A stretch of 64,000 bases of DNA from Octopus vulgaris (lineage: Eukaryota): the NCBI GenBank assembly GCA_951406725.2, contig OX597828.1, positions 41,478,001 to 41,542,000 of the forward strand, given 5' to 3'. A program made the translations under genes and the position numbers. Positions 57,040 to 64,000 of the stretch are shown here, piece by piece. The notes under the pieces are model-generated. The model was given only the letters and a program-made list of their open reading frames with translations. It searched no databases and was not told where the DNA came from. Position 1 is the first letter of the stretch. Each line of letters opens with the position of its first letter.

Positions 57040-57605
57040 GCCGGTGCGTGTGTGTATGTGTAGGCGTGTGTGTGTGTGTGTGCGTAGGTTTAAAGGTGTG
57101 TAGGTGTGTGTGTGCGTGTGTATGAGTGTGTGTGGGCATGTGTGTGTGTGGGCATGTGTGTGTGCATAGGTGTGTGTGTATGCGTGTGTGTGTGTGTGTG
57201 AACGTGCGTGTGTGTGGGCATGTGTGTGCATAGGTGTGTGTGTGTGCGTGTGTGTGTAAGTGTGTGTGAACGTGCGTGTGTGTGGGCATGTGTGTGCATA
57301 GGTGTGTGTGTGTATGCGTGTGTGTGTAAGTGTGTGTGAACGTGCGTGTGTGTGGGCATGTGTGTGCGTAGGTGTGTGTGTATGCGTGTGTGTGTGTGTA
57401 AGTGTGTGTGGGCATGTGTGTGTGCATAGGTGTGTGTGTATGCGTGTGTGTGTGTGTAAGTGTGTGTGAACGTGCGTGTGTGTGGGCATGTGTGTGTGCA
57501 TAGGTGTGTGTGTATGCGTGTGTGTGTGTGTGAACGTGCGTGTGTGTACATGCGTGTGTGTGTGTGTGTGTGCATGCGTGTGTGTATGTGTGAGTGTGTG
57601 TGTGT
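57040..57605. repeat. TG-derived minisatellite (~70-bp units with GAACGTGCG, GGGCATG and CATAGG landmarks)
   Basis: The landmarks recur in fixed order. Confidence 0.8.
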
Positions 57606-57725
57606 ATTCTGCATGAATGTCTACACACAAATACGCGCGCAATGATATATGTGCGTCACAATGCTGGAAAACAAGTTTCATCATATCTTAAATGAAAATG
57701 AGTCTCGTACACACACACATACACT

Positions 57726-57758
<33 letters not shown>

Positions 57759-57788
57759 ACAAACAAACACGCACACATACATTTATTT

Positions 57789-57828
<40 letters not shown>

Positions 57829-57845
57829 ACATATAAATGTATCAT

Positions 57846-57882
<37 letters not shown>

Positions 57883-58889
57883 CAAATACATACATACACA
57901 CACACGCGCACACTCACACATGTATATACACATATATACATACATAGATACGTACATATACAAACACGCGCACATAAATATTCTGAAAGGATCATATAGT
58001 CTTTATCGTTGCAATGTCATGCTTTTAGATTTCTGGCATTCATTGAATGATTCGTTGTAACCAAGATCTTTACATCTTTGATCAAACTTATTACAGTTAA
58101 TTATTTTTTAACTAATTGAAAAAAAAAAAAGGAAACAAACTTTCAATGTTTGTTTTTGTTTGTAGGTTTCAACATGTTCAGACAGGTGAGAGTTCTGACT
58201 CCGGAAGAAGGAAATATTTTACCGTATTGAAATTTTCAGTTTTGTCAAGAATTATCCGCTTCGCTTCACTGAGCCATCTTTTCTGGTAAGACGTACATTT
58301 TGTTTTCTTGCATTTTTGCCATATTTGATGGCATATACGACAAACTTTTTACCAAAAAGAAAAAAAAAATATTAAAAGACAAAAATCTCAGAAAACCACC
58401 ACGGGTCCAGTACCCTATATTGAACCTCCCACATGCACAAAAAGAAGCCCTCTTTTCCCTGAATATGCGCAGCTGAAATGAAGCGCCTCAAATATGCCTG
58501 TGCGTGTTTTATACATTCAAATACGGTTTTTCTTATCTGGTTACTTGCCTTTAGAACTTCGTTAACTTTGCTTTCATTTGTCGAAGATAGACTTTCAGAA
58601 ATTTGAGATCAATGGCAAAAAGTGTGTTATCTTTTGATTGCAAAACATTTTGATTGTTTTTCAGGTTATCCTAAAGAATTGTAAATAAATAAATAGTTAA
58701 ATGAAATAAAAGATAAGCTCTATATTGCTAATTTTCTTTCACAGTCTTCCCAAAAACTATTTGCGTGATATATTCTTCGGCATCTCCATATTTTCCCCCA
58801 GTTCTTTTAAAGATTATTCGCAAGATATTCTCTAGTTTGGAAGTTTCTTCTATCTTTGTGTTTTGTGCGCCATTTCTCAGCAACCATGT

Positions 58890-59278
58890 TTGGAAGCACT
58901 CCGTCGGTTACGACGATGAGGGTTCCGGTTGATCCGAATCAACGGAACAGCCTGCTCGTGAAATTAACGTGTAAGTGGCTGAGCACTCCACAGACACGTG
59001 TACCCTTAACGTAGTTCTCGGGGATATTCAGCGTGACACAGAGTGTGACAAGGCCAGCCCTTTGAAATACAGGTACAACAGAAACAGGAAGTAAGAGTGA
59101 GAGAAAGTTGTGGTGAAAGAGTACAGCAGGGATCACCACCATCCCCTGCCGGAGCCTCGTGGAGCTCTTTAGATGTTTTCGCTCAATAAACACTCACAAC
59201 GCCCGGTCTGGGAATCGAAACCGCGATCCTATGACCGCGAGTCCGCTGCCCTAACCACTGGGCCATTGCGCCTCCACT
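58890..59278 (-). mobile_element. Full-length tRNA-derived SINE family B with TSD
   Basis: 11-bp TSD AGCAACCATGT (58879-58889, 59279-59289) and an intact tRNA-like head. Confidence 0.92.
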
Positions 59279-59504
59279 AGCAACCATGTACAATCCACAC
59301 ACAATCAAATATTCTGACAACTGCGACGTTCTTCACCATTTTCGCACCCTACGTTGACATTAACGTGTTTCTAATCATTGTATCCTGCACCATATCACAT
59401 TTCACTTGTCCTTGCACTCAGTACATCGTGGATTTTTCTTGTTAATGTGTTAAATTTATATCGCGGATCCTCAGTATATCGCGGGTTTCTGCGGCCGATA
59501 GGTA

Positions 59505-59732
59505 CTCTTTTACTCGTTTCAGTCATTCGACTGCAGCCATGCTGGAGCACCGCCTTTTAGTCGAGCAAATCGACCCCAGGACTTATTCTTTGGAAGCCTA
59601 GTACTTATTCTATCGATCTCTTTTGCCAAACCGCTAAGTTACGGGGACGTAAACACACCACCATCAGTTGTCAAGCGATGTTGGGGGGACAAACACAGAC
59701 ACACAAACACATGCACACACACACACACATAA

Positions 59733-59829
<97 letters not shown>

Positions 59830-59960
59830 CACATATATACGACGGGCTACTTTCAGTTTTCGTCTACCAAATCCACTCACAAGGCTTTGTTTGTCCCGAG
59901 GCTATAGTAGAAGACACTTGCCCAAGGTGCCACGCAGTGAGAATGAACCCGGAACCATGT
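59505..59960 (-). mobile_element. SINE family A (further partial copies ~26395-26560, ~44555-44790, ~46430-46575, ~52740-52880, ~63710-63930)
   Basis: Homology to 10605-10960 and 40928-41360. Confidence 0.85.
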
Positions 59961-60121
59961 GATTGTATATTCTTTTAGATTTTAATTATTTCTGTCTGAG
60001 GTTTTGGAATGGAACGTAACAGCCGCGATAGTCGAGGGATTACTGTATAACAAAAACGAGGTTGTTTCTCTCTTGGATAAAGAATACAACAGCCATTCAT
60101 GTGATTTTTCTCCTTCACTGT

Positions 60122-60430
60122 ACAGTAATACCTCACTTTACGAAGACTCGCTTTACGAGCTCCGGATTTACGAGTTTTATTTTTCATGCACAAGATCCAA
60201 ATTTTGAACGAAGTGCAAAGGTTTCTACTACCATAACAAATGCTTCTGCGTGTTACAAAGAAATTTATAGAGAGCGAAAAAAAAGAAGCTTCTTCTAAAC
60301 AAACAACTCTAGACATGTTTTCTAAAAATATATCTACAAGTCCGTCTACGAGTGCTTGTGAATCGGCGATCGCATCGACTAGTGATGGTGTGCGCGAGTC
60401 TAGTGCGAGTGAAAGTGATTCAGTAAACGC
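60122..60430 (+). mobile_element. Tigger/pogo-derived remnant
   Basis: TA|CAGTAATACCTC terminus. DPNFERSAKV...ACYKEIY...KQTTLDMF resembles the Tigger transposase C-terminus. Confidence 0.65.
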
Positions 60431-60431
60431 T

Positions 60432-60505
<74 letters not shown>

Positions 60506-60693
60506 GGAGGATGATGATGATGAGGATGAGGATGAGGTGGATGATGATGATATGAGATCACCATTTCGCGCACATATGGTTGTGATGCATGTGCCTAGTG
60601 TACCCTTATCAGACGGGTAGTCATGATGGGTATACTGGGCTTCGTATATTTTACCCCAGTGTCACTTTGATGGCATGCACTGCTCTCTCACTC

Positions 60694-60738
<45 letters not shown>

Positions 60739-61088
60739 TTATTATAAATGATCTCCATATTTTTTTTTACTTTACATAAAATATTCTTTACATTCTATTG
60801 TTGTTTTAGTGCCATTTATTTACATTACGAGGCATTGTTCTATATATTACCAAGAGGTTGAAAAATCACAATTATGACTATGCCACTTTGACGGGCCGTG
60901 TATTCCATAGTCTTGGCTCTGTTATGATTGTTTCGTTTACCGTTACAATTTCATATATTTCTTTTACGCGTAAAAGCTTAGATAGTAGTAGAGGGTGCAG
61001 ATGTCGTATATGAATTTGGAGGATCGCACGAAGAAGTGTTTGCAGAAGAAGTAAATGTTTGATATTATTTCCAGATTAGGATCGGTAT

Positions 61089-62638
61089 CTGTTATAGCAG
61101 AATTGAGTCAAGCTGATAACTGTTATATAGTAGAAGTGAGTCAACTTGATAACTGTTATAGCAGAAGTGAGTCAAGTTGATAACTGTTAGAGTAGAAGTG
61201 AGTCAAGTTGATAACTGTTATAGAAGTGGTGTGGCTGATGACTGCTATAGCAGAAGTGAGTCAAGCTGATAACTGTTATAGCAGAAGTGAGTCAAGCTGA
61301 TAACTGTTATAGTAGAAGTGAGTCAACTTGATAACTGTTATAGTAGAAGTGAGTCAAGTTGATAACTGTTATAGAAGTGGTGTGGCTGATGACTGCTATA
61401 GCAGAAGTGAGTCAAGCTGATAATTGTTATAGCAGAAGTGAGTCAAGCTGATAACTGTTATAGTAGAAGTGAGTCAACTTGATAACTGTTATAGTAGAAG
61501 TGAGTCAACTTGATAACTGTTATAGTAGAAGTGAGTGTGGCTGATGACAGCTAGAGCAGAAGTGAGTCAAGCTGATAATTGTTATAGCAGAAGTGAGTCA
61601 AGCTGATAACTGTTATATAGTAGAAGTGAGTCAAGCTGATAACTGTTATAGTAGAAGTGAGTCAAGCTGATAACTGATATAATAGAAGTGAGTCAAGTTG
61701 ATAACTGGTATAGCAGAAGTGAGTCAAGCAGATAACTGTTATAGTAGAAGTGAGGCAAGTTGATAACTGTTATAGTAGAAGTGAGTCAAGTTGATAACTG
61801 TTATAGTAGAAGTGAGGCAAGTTGATAACTGTTACAGTAGAAGTGAGTCAAGCTGATAACTGCTATAGCAGAAGTGAGCCAAGTTGATAACTGCTACAGT
61901 AGAAGTGAGTCAAGCTGATGACTGTTATAGCAGAAGTGAGTCAAGTTGATAACTGTTACAGTAGAAGTGAGTCAAGCTGATAACTGTTATAGCAGAAGTG
62001 AGTCAAGTTGATAACTGTTACAGTAGAAGTGAGTCAAGCTGATAACTGCTATAGCAGAAGTGAGTCAAGTTGATAACTGTTACAGTAGAAGTGAGTCAAG
62101 CTGATAACTGTTATATAGTAGAAGTGAGTCAAGCTGATAACTGTTATAGTAGAAGTGAGTCAAGCTGATAACTGATATAATAGAAGTGAGTCAAGTTGAT
62201 AACTGGTATAGCAGAAGTGAGTCAAGCAGATAACTGTTATAGTAGAAGTGAGGCAAGTTGATAACTGTTATAGTAGAAGTGAGTCAAGTTGATAACTGTT
62301 ATAGTAGAAGTGAGGCAAGTTGATAACTGTTACAGTAGAAGTGAGTCAAGCTGATAACTGCTATAGCAGAAGTGAGCCAAGTTGATAACTGCTACAGTAG
62401 AAGTGAGTCAAGCTGATGACTGTTATAGCAGAAGTGAGTCAAGTTGATAACTGTTACAGTAGAAGTGAGTCAAGCTGATAACTGTTATAGCAGAAGTGAG
62501 TCAAGTTGATAACTGTTACAGTAGAAGTGAGTCAAGCTGATAACTGCTATAGCAGAAGTGAGTCAAGTTGATAACTGTTACAGTAGAAGTGAGTCAAGCT
62601 GATGACTGTTATAGCAGAAGTGAGTCACGCTGATAACT
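61089..62638. repeat. 31-bp tandem satellite, ~50 monomers (AGYAGAAGTGAGTCAAGYTGATAACTGTTAT)
   Basis: Period of 31 read directly, with no spacers. Confidence 0.97.
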
Positions 62639-62814
62639 TTGTAAGTTTACAAAGAATTCCTTTTCTTCCTACATCAGTATTTTCATCACATCTGTGTTCC
62701 ACTAGCAACTTTTTTAAAAAATTTCAGCACATAATTGGTTCTAATAACAGTTCAAAACTAAAATACTCGCATGGCCTTCAAAATCACCAGGACACACACA
62801 CAAACACACACGCG

Positions 62815-62931
<117 letters not shown>

Positions 62932-63130
62932 TTTTCTTAATGAGATAAAAAGCCAAGGCTGTGTAGATTTTAGAACATTCATAGATAGATCTTACAGGTG
63001 TTTCCAGGATATTCATTATATCCCTTCATCGGAGACGGTGTGACAAAATGGTTAAGAAATAGTTAATTTAGATAAGATACGAAATACAGAGTGAGGTGGA
63101 GGAATGAAAATAGATGTGAGATATGTAGGG

Positions 63131-63169
<39 letters not shown>

Positions 63170-63588
63170 TATGAAATTTTGAATTTAGTTCACGGACTCC
63201 CAGTACTACCTATGCGGACCACCAGGGGTCCGTGGAGCACAGGTTGGTCATCATTGGTTTGGAGCATACACCTCCACCACGGTCACGACCAACCCACCGC
63301 TGCTGCCACCGTTCCCATTACCGCCACCACCACCACCATCATCATCAGCAAATAAGCAGTAATTTTTAATAACAATGTCTTACAGACAATGCCATATCTA
63401 ATGGTCAGATTTCTGTTGTCACGATCGAAGTGATGACAGAAGGAAACAAGGAGGAATACCTACTTACAGCTGGGATTGAACACAACGGGAACATTTTTGC
63501 AAACGATTTACAAACACACGAGCGCGTGCACACACACACACACACATATGTATATTTATATTTGTGTGTGTGTATGTGCATATGTGCG

Positions 63589-63620
<32 letters not shown>

Positions 63621-64000
63621 TACATACATATATATATGTATGTATGCAACATGTTGCAAATAACCCTTTATTAATGTTAATTATATATATATATATATAC
63701 ACACACACATTTTTTTACTTGTTTCAGTCATTTGACTGCGGCTATGCTGGAGCACCACCTTTAGTCGAGCAAGTTGACCCCAGGACTTATTCTTTGTAAG
63801 CCTAGTGCTTATTCTATCGGTCATTTTTGCCGAACCGCAAATTTACGGGGACGTAAACACACCAGCATCGGTTTTCAAGCGATGTTGAGGGGCGTGGGAA
63901 CAAACACAGACACAGAAACATATACACACACATACATACATACATACATACATACATACATACATACATACATACATACATACATACATACATACATACA

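Noticed and set aside
60240-60620. Acidic 126-aa ORF
   Set aside because: Chimera of a Tigger remnant, AAT/GAT microsatellite and a downstream repeat.
61089-62638. CRISPR-like array of ~31-bp repeats
   Set aside because: Monomers are contiguous with no unique spacers, there are no cas genes, and the context is eukaryotic.

Overview
Eukaryotic, AT-rich, microsatellite-saturated genomic DNA. The SINE/LINE repertoire points to an octopus or other coleoid cephalopod (inference). Only one convincing host gene is present: an intronless NEPRO/RMP64-like (DUF4477) ORF at 19439-20302 (-). Nearly all other ORFs in the track are microsatellite translations or transposon remnants. Mobile DNA identified: a hAT/Buster transposon with TIRs and an 8-bp TSD (2117-5696, partly re-duplicated in a 2684-bp tandem duplication), RTE, BovB-like, CR1 and R4/Dong-like LINE fragments, mariner, Tc1 and Tigger remnants, non-autonomous Helitrons, Merlin-, piggyBac- and mariner-type MITEs, and at least four tRNA-derived SINE families. 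The most interesting signal is a ~560-bp unit repeated in tandem and inverted orientation (27398-29296) inside a (TA)n tract. Each full unit carries a minimal type I hammerhead ribozyme motif with an intact CUGAUGA/GAAA core and a palindromic helix III, resembling a Penelope pLTR or non-LTR retrozyme. Several unrelated elements, mostly (TA)n-embedded and often fold-back, carry variant hammerhead cores. A 31-bp satellite (61.1-62.6 kb) carries GATA and AP-1 motifs in most monomers and has a 16-mer higher-order repeat. All alignments and folds were done by eye, and repeat boundaries are approximate unless a TSD or TIR is cited.
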